A DNA stretch of 64,000 nucleotides. Origin: Paraglomus brasilianum. Lineage: Eukaryota. Below the pieces are notes generated by a model. That model ran no database searches, was not told the DNA's origin, and worked only from the letters and a program-made list of their open reading frames with translations. Position 1 is the first letter of the stretch, and each line of letters opens with the position of its first letter. A program made the translations under genes and the position numbers. The stretch spans positions 1 through 64,000 of the forward strand of contig CAJVPI010000039.1 in the NCBI GenBank assembly GCA_910592345.1, written 5' to 3'. Shown here one piece after another: positions 27,876 to 41,646 of the stretch.

Positions 27876-30800
27876 TTTGTATGATTGTTATCAGAAAGAC
27901 GAGCATTCCCTTGTTTGATACCCACGAAACCGATGGATTAGCACAACCTGTTGTGTGAAATGTTATCACATGGTGATTCTACCTCAATGTTTGTTACAAT
28001 TATATGTACTCAATTGCTTATACAAGTTACCAAAAAAGATTGTAAAAGCTTAATGTGCGGTATGTGTTTATTGTATCTTTGCAGGAAGAAAGATTCACTC
28101 AAACGACGAAAATAACGAAATTGAATAGCGATTAAAGAAAAAACAATAAAACGAATTGATCTTCTCTTCTTGGACTTCAATCAAGGAAAAAAAAATGACG
28201 AAATGGAAACACACCTCAATAATCAAAAGGTTGCTCTTTTGTGATCGTATACAATGATATAATTAATGTTGTGTAATCCGTGTGCTTAAATTAACTCTAA
28301 GAAATACGAAGGCAATTGGGACAATACGAATAAATGCTCAGGGAAAAGTTACAACGACTTAAGGAAGAAAAGAGAAAAAAAAAAGAGAAAAGGAAACGAA
28401 AAAAAAAAAAAGAGAAAAGAAAAAAGAAGAAATGGCAGGCAAAACAAGAAAACAAAAACTTTCGAATTTGCCAAAGTAAAAGAATGAACATGATAAATTA
28501 TGTCACATTTGCGCTTTATACAATACAAGTCAATTGTATTGAATCGTTTATCGTGCGCTGGTGAACATTGTTGGATGATAATTTCTTATTTGTTCGGCCG
28601 TAGTCAGAAGTATAAATATATTCTCAATCTTGTAATTTTAACATAATTTTGTGATCTTTACGTTGGATAATTACAAAAACCAATTTTATCAGTATTTGCT
28701 TCAAAGCAAGGATAATAGATAACTTTCAAAAATTTGACTATATTTTACCTATTGTGAATGTCCGAGTTGCCGGTTGTAATCAACATCAGAAATAACGCTC
28801 TGTCCCGTGATGTCTTTATTTCTCGCCCTGTATTCGGCCGTGCGATTGCTACACTGATGTTATTATTATCAAAAATATATTATTAGTTATAACCTAACCA
28901 TACAACGAATACGTTAACTAAAATGATTTTCTTATATACATCATCATTACGCATGCCAAGACGTATCGCAAATTCCAAGACCGCAATACGTAGTAGCAAT
29001 ACCATTAATCAAGCAAACTTCTATATACAGTCATATACGGGCACAACCGTAGCTAAGCAATGCTAACCTGCAGAAACGCATCGATATTTACGCACAGCAC
29101 GGTCTTGTCTATTGTATGCATTTGCTAATAACATCAGACCAAATGGCGCGATTAGATCGATCACATATATAAACGTTAATTTATCTGACTAAGCTATCGT
29201 TGATCCATTAGTTAAATTTATACAAACCAGAGTTGGATATGGCAACATGCGAATACAGGACGAGCTGAACCCTGGAAATTAGTGAAAAGGCCCAGGAAAC
29301 TTGACGTTGATTATACAGCCATTGAGGGGCTGGTAAGGCTGGAGAAGTAGAAGATCGCTTGTATTTAAATACATATTTTATGTTTTACTTTATCAACATA
29401 AAAAAGATTAAATTGAGCGAACCTATAAATTAAAGTTTGTCAATCACCAATGATTGTCTAAGAAACGAAACACTATTTTTGTGTCACTTTTGCCATAGCC
29501 TTGTACTTGTGCCCTGTGAATTCTTTTTGAGTAATATTCCCATTGGTATTTAAAGTTTACGTGAAACCTTTTTAATAATTTCGCGCTTTAGTTAAAATAT
29601 CATCATTAGAAACGGAATTTTTTTATTAGGGAATTAATATACTCTAAATAATTCAATTACGGGGAATGTCCCCGTATATGACGCCCGCATATGAAGTAGT
29701 TTCGGAGTAGCGTAATTTTAAATTTTAAATCAAAGTTTGATAATTAAGCCATATAGCGTAATTTTAAATTTAAATTCTCTGCCTAATTAATTAAACCAGC
29801 AGGAGAAGAAAAAACGGTTTAAAAAGCTTGGATTTATCTTATTTTCCAAATTTTATAGTTGCAATTTAAAGAATTGATTGCAAGCGCTCCTCCCCCCAAT
29901 AAACCTCCGTCATTTGTCCAATTATAACTGTGGCACAGCTTGTGTAACACACAATTACTAATACCAAAGAAATCATTGGCCTCCTTTTGTTTTACTCGAT
30001 ACATCACCAGTGCAGATTAAACTACCACTCTTAATATATTGATATCAATAATTAATAGTTGTTTTCCGTCTTCTTTATCATCACATGATTATCACATATA
30101 GTCCTATCTTCGAACAAAGGTCTATCTTTATCTATTCCGCATAGTATCAATCTTACCATTTAGCGTACTCATCTAAAAGAAGATATCATCTTGTGTGCTA
30201 ATATTGTTTTCGTCTGGAAAGATGAAATACTATATATCCGATTTTTGCTCTTATCACATAAACCGTCTTTTGAGCGTGACCGATTTTGGAAATAGTCAGT
30301 TGATTGGTTTGTAACACAAATACGCGCGATTGGTCAGCATAAACCACAAGCATTTTTTTTTATCTTTACAGGCCACTAACGATCACCTTTTTGCTCCAAT
30401 ATCATCCCCTCAATTCTCTCATAAATAGTATGGGTCCGTCTAAAACGGCCGTTCAAGAGGATGTTCGATGCGATCGCAAAACTCATGACGATATACAAAT
30501 AGGACAATAATAATTCTAATTTGGCTTTTGTTACAGACAAAAATGTAACCAATGGATTATTGTTTTTCCTAAAGAAAACTTCTTCCATCGAGTGGAATTC
30601 TATTTTTTTCCATCCCACCCCACCCTTCGCAAATATAAATAGATTGCGTTTGATCCATCCTGGGTCACAAAGAACATACGATGCTCAAATACGTCAGGCA
30701 ATGTTTTCTTGTTTGCCTTCTTCGACTTTTTCTTTGTGAATAAGACACGTAGTGATTCGGATGTTTTAGAATGCACTAGCAATTTTGACAATTATAGTCT

Positions 30801-33800
30801 GATATCAAGGGGTGTCTGTGTCTGTTCAATAGTGGAACATAACCAATTGTCTAGCGAGTGCATAAATTGCTTCCGCTTTGAGAAATCTGGTGCATGCCCT
30901 ATCTATTGCTTGTTGAGAGATTTGTTAATACCTTGTAAGATGGGAATATATAGTCGAGGTTTAATTAATAAAACAAGTAGGCAATATATTAATTTTAATT
31001 TTGGATCGAGAAACAAATCGTTAAACAAAATGTGCACAGTCTCGGAGCTGCAAACGCCGCGAATAATATTTCTGCAATTGTACTAACACAACATGTCAAT
31101 TGATATAAGCTAGAAGCAAGGCATAGCGCATAATATTGTCGGACCTAGATATTTTTTAGTACTGTTGTAATGGCCGAATTTCTTCCAACGGTCACTGATT
31201 TGTCCTCAACGTTAGTGAAACACGGAGAGCATTGCAATATTTCCGTAATGGCATTGAGTGTGTCCTTCGATAGAATATTATGTTGCATGCACTCTATCGA
31301 GAATAAGTATGGTGGTGCATATTATCGTCATTTGTTCAATATTACAAGAGAAGAAAAGCTGCTGCATTTCATAATTGTCTCACAAATAATATTTATTTTT
31401 TTCTGTCTCAAGCTTAAAGAATCGAACCTATTAATAAGTGTTCAACTCAAAGCACATATTATTTAATAAAAGATAAGTAATTATCGGTATCAATCAATCT
31501 AGCAACGGATTAGGTTATTTGATTACGCCATTTAATTATGCCAAGCCCTTTCGCTTTTGTCATATGTGGGAGTTGGAAAAAAAACTTGTGGTCTGCTCAT
31601 ACTTGCTTGATGACTAATATCTGATGTAAGCAAACACTTTGTAGTACACTTATCCGACAAGATAACAATGGTGTGTAAACTTAGAAAGCACAGATTATGA
31701 AAAAACAAACGAGATGGATCCGATTCGCGTTCTTTGTCAGGCACAGCGGTGATGAGCATCAGGTGTACGTATCATGTGGTGAAGGGTTTACATTACTAAT
31801 CGCATAGACTTGGGAACCAACAACTAGTTTTATTTTTTTGCGAGGTGCAAATAACAACTTTCTGAACAATACGACCCAAGTCTGTCTGTTATTCGATGGA
31901 TAAACTGTTTGCCTTTTGCACTGCTACCATAACAATAATATTCTAACCATCAAGTGCACGTCTGTAGAAAAAAAAAAGCGGCTGAAAGAGAGTGGAAAAA
32001 GTGCCCAAGACTTTCTCATACACAAACATGTCTCTTACGTTTGGCAAATTTAATAGCCAACCGAAGAGATTCAATGGAACCAGTTTGCAGCAAGTAAGTC
32101 TTAGAAAATTTATTCAACATAGTAATAGAGTATTAGATATATCAACAAAAGTGACTGTAAACTGTTGCGCCGCTGTAATTAAAATTATCTGTTTACTAAC
32201 ACGGCAGCATATTGATAATACTAAATTGTCTTTTAGTTTATAGAAAGCTTGAGCAATACCCACACCTAAATATATCTGGTCAAAAAATACCATTATAGTC
32301 GGGGTTGGATTATAACGGGTTTCTTGACAGTAGCAAGACTCTGTAAAATTCTCACACGCTTAAAGTGGGCATTATATGGCATCAAAGGTTATCTCGTTAA
32401 AATAAATTCGGCTTACAACAGCTGTAAACGTATTGTTGGCAATTGTCATTAATCTAATTTCTTTTTAATACCATACTTATACCATTAGGTTTCTCTTGAA
32501 TTATTGATGACAACGTTAACATATCTCAGACAGCAGAGAGAGAAGGGGAGAGAGATTGCTGCTTTCCGTCGATCAAAGATGGTTTGTCAACACATAGAAA
32601 AGTTAAGGCATCACTGATATAGATTACATTACGTTGAATAACTTGAGGTAATGAGCAAAGCGTTATTGACAGTTATGTCGTTGATCGACAATTACTTGTT
32701 GAAAAAAACCGCCATATCCGTATCAATATGTTGTCATAAACCGAGCTGCTGGTAAATTGACATCTGGTTCTTAAACACGCCTTTTTTACTAATCGAAGGA
32801 TCGACGGCTTAATAATTAATATTACGCAATCCATTGTTTATATACAATGGTGTATTAGTTATGCAAATGCATATACAGTACCTGGTGAGCATGCCATGTG
32901 TGAGACTATACCGGATCGATTTTTTATACTTTAACTAATCTCAACAAATTTCGGATATTTTAGGTGAATCTACGCAATGCAAAAGAAAAAACTTGACCCA
33001 TCGAGAAAGAGTTACAAGATGGTGAGTTTGCTACCAGTATACATCGTTAAGTGAATGTGCATTAACATGATTCCGACGTAAATCTTAGTCTGATTGAAGC
33101 ACACAGCATTGATGCAAAAAGCATACACCCAGAACAGAGGTCACCTATCATTCAATGAACGATTGGTTCCAGTTTGGTACAGTATATGCAGGTTGCGTCA
33201 TAGTATACCGTTTATATATATTAATATAGCACATGCTAATATTTACTTTAATGTATAACAGCTTTATCAGTCAGTGCGCATCGTCAATTGTTCACTAGGA
33301 ATTGTTCAACGGCAAAATCTTCAGAAGATTCTCTGCTTCTCTCCAAACCGGCAGAAGAAACTGTACTAGTTTAATTATTGCATCTTCAAAACGAATTGAT
33401 GGCATAGTAATAGTAACAAAATACAAAAATATTGATAGAAAGTTTCATCCAATCATTTTATCGGTATTACTAATCGATTATCACACAATTTTCTTGGCAT
33501 AAACAGGTTAAACAGTTTTTGCTATACACGTTGTCCGAATGGGATTTTCAGTTGATTAATACGCTGAAATCGTAAGTATTAACTACAATACTACAAGTCG
33601 TCGGAATCAAAAATCTCTTATAACGAGTCATTAGTTAAATCGGTCCCAGCAAAAATCTTTCTTATTGACCAGATTTCTTACTTAAGCAATTTATGCAATA
33701 AGAAAGTGTCCGTATAACGGGTGTCGAGAATGATTTGTGTCATGTGAGGTATGATAGCCAACTTTCATCGTTGTAAATAAAGAAGAAGAATATTCTTCAA

Positions 33801-34629
33801 CTGTTAATAATATCAGGATTGTTGATTTTACTCTTTAAATGACGGCATTATTAGTGTCATAACTATCCATCCTATTATTCTACAGGCACTATTTCCGGTC
33901 AATTTGAGATTGCAATTTCGACTTGCGATACATATGTTACTATTAAATGTAACGTTTAGGTTAAGTCGCTGATACGTGTTTTCTTTCCTTTTCTTTTACA
34001 TAGAAGCAAACTCGGATTGACAAACAACGACGATTTTAAGCGTTGCTGTTTATGTTTGATAAAATCGGTACTAGGTTATATATAAATAAGACGCATTACA
34101 ACATTTTGTAAGCTGCAGTGCCAGCAGTGTTATTTCATTGACGACTCGTACCAATTCAATTACTGATATTAATAAATTAATTGTTCGAACCGATAACCAT
34201 TTAAAAGTGGGGGTCACGGTCACTAATGACAAATGTCAGCTGAGGTGGGAAGAGTCAACCTTGTAATTCACGGCTGTCTCCGACATGGTAGCGAAGAAGT
34301 CAAAAATCAAGACGGTGCACTTTATTAACGAAAACCAAAAAAGCACAGTAATATTGGTTCGACGAAACTAGTACGTCAAGCCGAGGCGAAAAATCGATCA
34401 TGTATTCGCATTCGCACAGTATTGTGGCATGTCAAATGGAAATGTACGTATGTCCATTCCGAACTAACATATGTCATTTGGAATTACTGTCTGTACAAGA
34501 GACGCATCCATTGATAAGTATCTAGTTACAATATCTATATATTTTATAAGCCATAATGTCATACTACATGCTTATTATTGTTCTATTGCGTCTTCTTTTT
34601 CTATAAATAGTAGATCACACCTATCAATA

Positions 34630-35316
34630 TTGCCTACGCCAATTCCTATCATTGCAAGTAACCAATTTATTGTTATTATTATTACATTATTTGTCCTTGT
34701 GCTACACTCCAAACATACCAATTTATCGCCGCCCGACTCATTTGATTTGATAGGATTTGACTCTGACGTTACAACCGTCTTTTCAAGAGCATGTTTACGC
34801 AATATTTCGTTGGTACGACGGCGTTTAGGTGATGCCATTTCCTATGGACAGGATAATGGGTTGGGAATGTACGGAACGAAGTAGTTGGTCTGAAAACTAT
34901 AAATATTTCTCATATTACCTCGGCACTCATTCTCGCAAACTCTTCTTCGTTGATATCACTGTTTATAACTTTCATCCGTAATTCTTTGTTTTTTCGTAGA
35001 TTCCAGATTTTACTTCTAATTGCACCCTTATAGTGTTGGTTCATTTTTCCATAACACAATTTGAAGACTTCATGTTCAATAAATAACGCTCGGTTTCTGC
35101 ATGTTTCTTTTTCTGGACGAGTAATGGGTTGAGAAATGTTACGAGATTCCTCGTCAAATCCATGTGTGTACATTTACCTTTGGCTGACAGTGTAGCTTTA
35201 TCTGTTAGGGCTTCGGTGAGCAGGTTGACGCCTGCAGTTTTTGTGGCTTTGTTAGTAAACCATAAACCGAAAACGCTGTCAAAATACCGATCATAATGGG
35301 GGAAGAATACTAGCAT
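34630..35316 (-). CDS. TFIIS central (TFIIS_M) domain protein; start and last exon uncertain
   Basis: Spliced: LLTEAL...K|EKETCRNRALFIEHEVF...YKGAIRSKIWNLRKNKELRMKVINSDI..EEFARMSAE|EMAS..RR..NE. Intron 35177-35113 is phase-consistent. No TFIIS QTRSADEP zinc ribbon seen. Confidence 0.75.
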
Positions 35317-37261
35317 TTAGACCGATAACTGGTGTTCATTGTCAGTAATCACGTGTAAAGGGAGTAAAAGAATGCGTATGAGATCAGTTTTACGGAAAAT
35401 TACTTGTGGCAAGATCGCCGACAGTAATCGACTCGGCACCATTTTATACTTGTCTGTAGAATGACGTTATTATTTCCAATTACGTTCCCTACTCGTCATT
35501 GGGCTGAATCCTTGCGCCAAAGTAAAATCTGCTGACAAGTCATCTATGAAAGATCTGCAACAGAAGTGAGTATAAAAGACAAAGGTAACGACACAATCTT
35601 GACTGCGGAGTAATATTTTACCATGTGACTCGCTTATCAGCTTGCCGCAAAAATTGGTTATCCAGAACATCATCGTGTTATTATTGAATTGGCATTTCGT
35701 CTCTTATCTCTGATTTTGGCATATTTTTAGGTAGTTTAGTTTGAATCATTGAACTGAAACGTCAGTTATCATTCGACATACGTCATTTGCACCTTGATCT
35801 AGGAAATAGACCCAACTACCGATTTGGAATTACAATCTCATTAACAAAAGCTGCAGAAGTTTGTGTTTCCTTTGAAAGATTTTATTCTTTTGAAATCATG
35901 ACAATCATCCGCTCGTCTATCTTTTTCACAAGTGTCAGGTGTTTAATATTTGCTGGCTCAAAGACAAATATTCATTACGGTACAAATTCCGCAGCCTTAT
36001 AATAGGTGTTATTGCCGAAAACAGTAAAGTCGTCTCCAAATATATGATAATGTGAGAATTAGGGGCAAAACCCGCTTTACCAAATGGCGTTAACGCCATC
36101 AATGCGAAACTTGAAATGAAATAAGTCATTATTTGGGAGTTGTCTTCCATGTGGCATTTGACCATAAACAACATTATAGGGTTAGCTGATGTCATACCAG
36201 CCAAAAGCGTGGACTTGTAACTCATTTTTACTGGTAAAAAATGACAAGTCATGCAATTAACATTCGAACGTAAATGGTATAAATATGCTGACTGAGTTAA
36301 TATTAAGTATCTGTTATCTCCAAAACACGACCCGATTATAACAAGACGATATGGACCCGTTTAATCTAAGGCATTCGCACAAGATCTGGGTACACGTTAT
36401 TTTCACATAAAACTTCTGGTAGGTTATCATAGCCAGAGTTGTCTTTCCAAGTCATAGTCTTAGACTACACGAAATGGACTATACCATCCAACTGTGGTTC
36501 GAGTATTAAGGTTCTGATAACGTTATAGTTACGAGAGCTGTATCATCGTATAGTGTCAGCAAAGACGCTATTTATATGCAATCATATATTAAGTAATAAA
36601 AAAATGCCATTATTTGTGTTATTTATTTATATTTCTCATAAATTAGCAATTCTCTTTTCACTCAAAATATATCACGATCGCGCTTTACAAATAGTCGAGA
36701 TTTATTGTGTCACATTAACAGCCAAGGTGAAAATAGAAAACATGGGCTCAAAATTTCAAGCCGCTGTCTTCCCGACATGCATTACTGTTGTGTAACTGGT
36801 GGTTATTGTTTAGAGCATTGCTCGATCAATTTACGTAAGCCAATGAAAACACACGGGAGAAAAATAGCATTGATGTTAATTTTAATAAACCGTGCATATC
36901 CGCTGTCATGTCACAATGAACTGCGCCGGTATTAAGAATAGCCAAGGACGCTTGGCGAGCGCTAGTATTGTTAGTAAAAAAACGGCAGTTGCAGTGTAAT
37001 GGAGTTCAGTATCATTATAGCAAACGAGAGATTGCCCGCTACCCGGACAAGCAAGGGGAATGTGAATTTTGGCGTGAGCATTGCTCAGTCATTCTGGGTT
37101 TGTATTACTATAATAGGTTATGGCTGATCAAACCTAATGTGATTCGCCGATCTACCGGTTTGGGACCGCTCTTGTGGCGCAATAAAACGCACATTTTTAA
37201 ATGTCTTTTCTAGAACCGACTCTGTATTAGTAGTATCTTTTTACCCAAAACCCAATTTTTT

Positions 37262-39537
37262 ATGGCCTCTTCCACTGAAGGAAAACATGGAAATAGACTG
37301 AGCTTTGGAAAAGGATTTGGGCATGACGTTCGAAGAGGTATGGTTAAAATTGATCCAAGATTGCCTGACGATCTGAAAAATGTAGTAGTATGGCTGAAGG
37401 AAGAGAAAGACGTAATTTCTGGCTTGCATGCTGTTATCTCGGCAAAGAAAGAAGGTACGAATATTGAGAGAAAATGAATGGCTAGAAGGAAGATATTTAT
37501 GGGAATCGAATTCACACGAGACGTGTCGATAATGGTCTTTTTTTTATAGCAAGCAAGTATTTTCACATATGGGGAAAGAATGAAGAGGATGACATTGCTG
37601 TACGTAAATGTCTTTTGATCTTTACTTCATTCCTGTAGCCGATTACCTTCTTAAGCGTAATTATTATTTTCTTAGGACGTTGCGGAAAAAATGTCCGAAT
37701 TGATGTCAAAAACGCTAGACGTAGAAATAGTATTTTGGGGTACGTTTTCTTTCCACAAATACTCGCGTATAAAACCTCTTCAACCTATTCATCTATTCAC
37801 ATATTCTCTTGCTTTCACACACGCACGCTCCATTAGAAAAGTACAACCGATACCGTGACCTTGTCAAGCAAATACGAGATGCTGAACACCGCTTGGTCGG
37901 ACCGAAAGATAAAAAACGCCGTTTAACCGATGAACTAGCTCGTCTAAGAAAACATCAACCTCAGTCGCCAAAAATTCGCGATACCGAGTTGGAATTAAAG
38001 AGAGCAACAGAGGATTATGAAGCAACGAAAACAGATGTTGGGAACGTGAAGAGACAGCGACTAAGAGAGGCGCTGACATTGCTGACTGATGCCATGTTTG
38101 AGACAGCAGAAAAGGTTGCGATAATCGCAGGTTTTTCATGGTATTTGGTCGATTTGATTGATAAGGACATTCTTAATTTCGGGGAAAGGAGAAGACCGTA
38201 TAACGGTGAGAGGGATTTAACGATGATTGAAACATTGTGTTGCTATTTGCATTATTAAATCCATGTTTTTAATCGATCTGGCGGCATTCCTTATTGTTTC
38301 TCCTAATTGCTATAGGTGCGGCAACCAGCTCTCAGGTAGTCCAAGACTGCCAAGTTCACTTACACCGCTGGCAGCCATGCTCAACAGACATCAAAATTAT
38401 TGTCTCCACTCTTACAAACACGACCCTGTCTGAAGGGGCTCAGCAAAAACAAGAATACGAACTTAGAATCGCTCAGCTCAATTCCCAACTTGCGTCTCAA
38501 CGCCAATCATATGAAGCACAGATCCGAGATCTTACCGCTCGTCTAGAAGACAACCAACATACTCTTTCGTCTAAAATTGAAGAACTATCAGGTATTTTAC
38601 GTCATCAGAAAGAAGGTTCTCAAGTGAGATTGGACGATTTATCAGCAGCGTTGACAAACCAGAGGGCCGAATATGAAGCAAAAATACAAGACATGCATCG
38701 TGCATTAATGGAGCAAAAGGCAGGGTTAGACGGTCATGTGAACGAGTTGAATGCTTCATTACTTGCAGAGAGGCAGAAGAATTCTGTTCAAGGAAGGGAT
38801 TATCATTCTGCTATGGCGCAAAAACACGAGTATGAAGTACGGCTGAGGGAGAAGGATGGGTTTATTTTATCGTTGCAACGTGATATGAATGCCGTTGCAG
38901 CAGAAAAGAACAGATTATCGCAGTTGGTGCGAGACTTTGAAAATATGATACGAGCTCAGGGTGGCGTATCCGATACCAGCAGGTTAAATATTGAAAGCAA
39001 CTTGGAACAAATAAGAAATCAACTCGCGTCTATAAACATCACACCAAACTATGGGGTTCCGCCAGGTGCTGCCCCAATTGATGCAAATAGAATAACACCA
39101 CCAGCCCCCCCCCAATACCCCCAGCTCCCCCGGTACCCCCAGTACCCCCAGTACGCGGTGGTGGCGTTGGAGGAGGATTGCCTCACAATCAACCGTATGC
39201 TAGGCCACCAATTCCGACAGTTTTATCGCCAAACGTGCCATTGACGACATCACCAGAGCAAGATCCATTTTTGAATGGACGTTCGCCATCACCTATCCAG
39301 AAGCTACCACCTCCTGCTGATAACAATACAAATCGTCCGGGACAGCAAGGCCCCCCCCCCCCTCCGGCGAACTATTTTCAGCAATTCCGACGACCGCCAT
39401 TCTCTAATCCAAACTATTATCAAGGACCCGCTCAGCCTCCACGCCCTCCAGGGTTTGTCGGCGGATTTTTCATCCCACCTGATGGTGCCAACCCTCCACG
39501 TCCGCCTAAAGGTGGTGTTGCGAATAATGAAAAGTGA
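37262..39537 (+). CDS. Pil1/Lsp1-like eisosome BAR protein with long coiled coil and Pro-rich tail (exons 37262-37454, 37550-37599, 37676-37739, 37837-38205, 38316-end; apparent frameshift at ~39105-39113)
   Basis: WGKNEEDDIADV..K, YR..VKQIR.AE, QPQSPKI..LE.EL.RA, NVKRQRLREA, AEKVAIIAG, GE.RRPYNG and VVQDC follow the Pil1/Lsp1 pattern. Confidence 0.85.
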
Positions 39538-41646
39538 ACAGATTGATAGTTGTTTGGTGATGATGGGGTTTCTACTCCAAACTTTAATTATAATTTTTTT
39601 GTACATTTTTTCTTTTTTAATCATGTATTATAAGATGGTTAAACTGTTTGAACAATGAGTCTGTGGGATATAGTTTGATCTATAAAACATGGACAGAATT
39701 GAATCGGGATTTCTCTTTCCATTATAACAATTATTTTCATCCAACAAATACCTGTTCAAAAAAAGGGTTACCTCCATCTGCACATACAAATCACGTTCTT
39801 ACAGCGTTCTCTGTTAAGTCATTATTATTTATCAAGTCGCATATAATCAGAGAGTTAGAAAGTGAGTTGCTAACTATTTTGTTCCTTATAAAATGCCATT
39901 TTCGAAATACAATATTTTTTAAATGGGGCATGCTGCAACAAAGCCAGACAAGCGAACATGTGACGCCACTAGTTATTTTGTCAATATGGCCATAGTTACA
40001 AACACAGTAGGAATTGGTCATATATAAAGCGCAATTTTCCCATCATGTTCATGTTCTGATAAACGAGTAGTTCTTAATACTCTGTAGTTGTGAACCACTA
40101 ATCTCTATAATTTGCTTAAGTGGGAATGCATTTTAGATAGATAGATACCAACCTATAAACTTAACCTAACTAGATCGTGAGTAGTAAAGTCTATATCAAA
40201 GGTCGTCGTATTTAAGTAAAAGTAGAAGCTACAGTTCCGTTTGAAAACAGCTAAATCCCAAGGTCAGCGATTGATTGCTCTCTCGCCACCATATAGTTGG
40301 GGTGAATCCCAAGTCTACGAGGACGCATTTTCAACCCGTTCTTTCTATTCACACTAGTGTATGTATATAATAAAACTAGTACACTTTGTCTCATTCTATT
40401 GGCGTAACCGATTACTGGTAAAAATAGTGTCGTTAAATCTGACAAATAGTATAATGATGATATATATTGTTACAATTTGAATACTCATTGACCCAACTAA
40501 TGCGATTAAGCATGATCCCTTAGTCTGCCTAATTTTGACGAATTTGTTCCTTAATTTTGTGGTGCATTTTTAAGGTTGTTATTATTATGCTGCACTTTAG
40601 CCATTAATAAATTTTTCTGAGGTTTTAAACAAGCTAACAATTGTAGCAAAAAAAAGAATATTTGCAAAAAATTTTATGTAAAATTTACCCTATTGAGACT
40701 ATTACTATGTTTGGGTCACCCTATTATTAGGCGCTATTTTTTTTCTCATCTCATGAGCCAATCGATGAGTTGTTGAAGAGTAATGGATTTTTTAAAGGCA
40801 GACACTTGACTTGATATTATCATTTTTAAGGCAATTTGCTTTTTAAGATGAATATTTTGTCTAGTCTTTACAGTTTCAATAAACAATATTTTACAACAAT
40901 AAAATGTCTCTGTGACGAGTATTGTACATGTAATTAAATATTGAAAATCTAATTTAAATTATTTTACGCCAAAGACGGTGCAAAGATTAGGCGATTTGAG
41001 ACATTTAACAGACATTAATATTAACAGACAGCTGACAGTACTAAAGTGCAGTACTTTTGTGACTTATATTGATCAGTTGAATAATCGGATTACAGATCAC
41101 ATGATACAACAATGGCCGGTTTTTCGAACAAACATACACCGTACCCCGCGTACAATTCGTTATTCGATATTGCTTTTGAATAATTTACGTCATAATGATC
41201 GGCAAATCGTTTCGTAACGTATCCAAATGCGATTATAATACAGTCGATGTCACATCCTATACAATCACAATCTCCTCATTAACCCAAAGCATGATTTAAA
41301 ACAAAGCCTCGATAAATATGATATTTGTGAATATGTTAAACAACATCCAAAAGCAAAGTATAGCAAACTAGTTTAATGAGAAATTCATACTTTCTATAGA
41401 GTGGTTTAAAGAGAAAAATTAACATTTAGTATAATAGACATGACCATACGCAAACCTTCATACAGTCACATTTCCATACAGTCACCAGTTTTGACGGTGT
41501 GACTGTATGGCAATTGTTCTAATAGTGACGTTAATCAAATCCGAAATTTCACGTGAAATCAAAAAATAATAAAACCTCTTGTAAACAAATGACGCGCTTT
41601 ACGCTTTTTACCTTGCAAAAGATAACAAGCGACTATTACTGTGACG

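Noticed and set aside
28297..28564. Lys-rich and Phe-rich ORFs
   Set aside because: Artefacts of an A-rich simple repeat.
29659..29775. 8-bp GC hairpin plus a ~22-bp direct repeat
   Set aside because: No CTRR Helitron end at the expected spacing, and the repeat is AT-rich.
30376..31466. Several short ORFs on both strands
   Set aside because: No recognisable motifs or consistent splice structure.
41459..41510. CATACAGTCAC direct/inverted mini-repeat upstream of the orphan gene
   Set aside because: Possibly a collapsed MITE, but too small to support a call.
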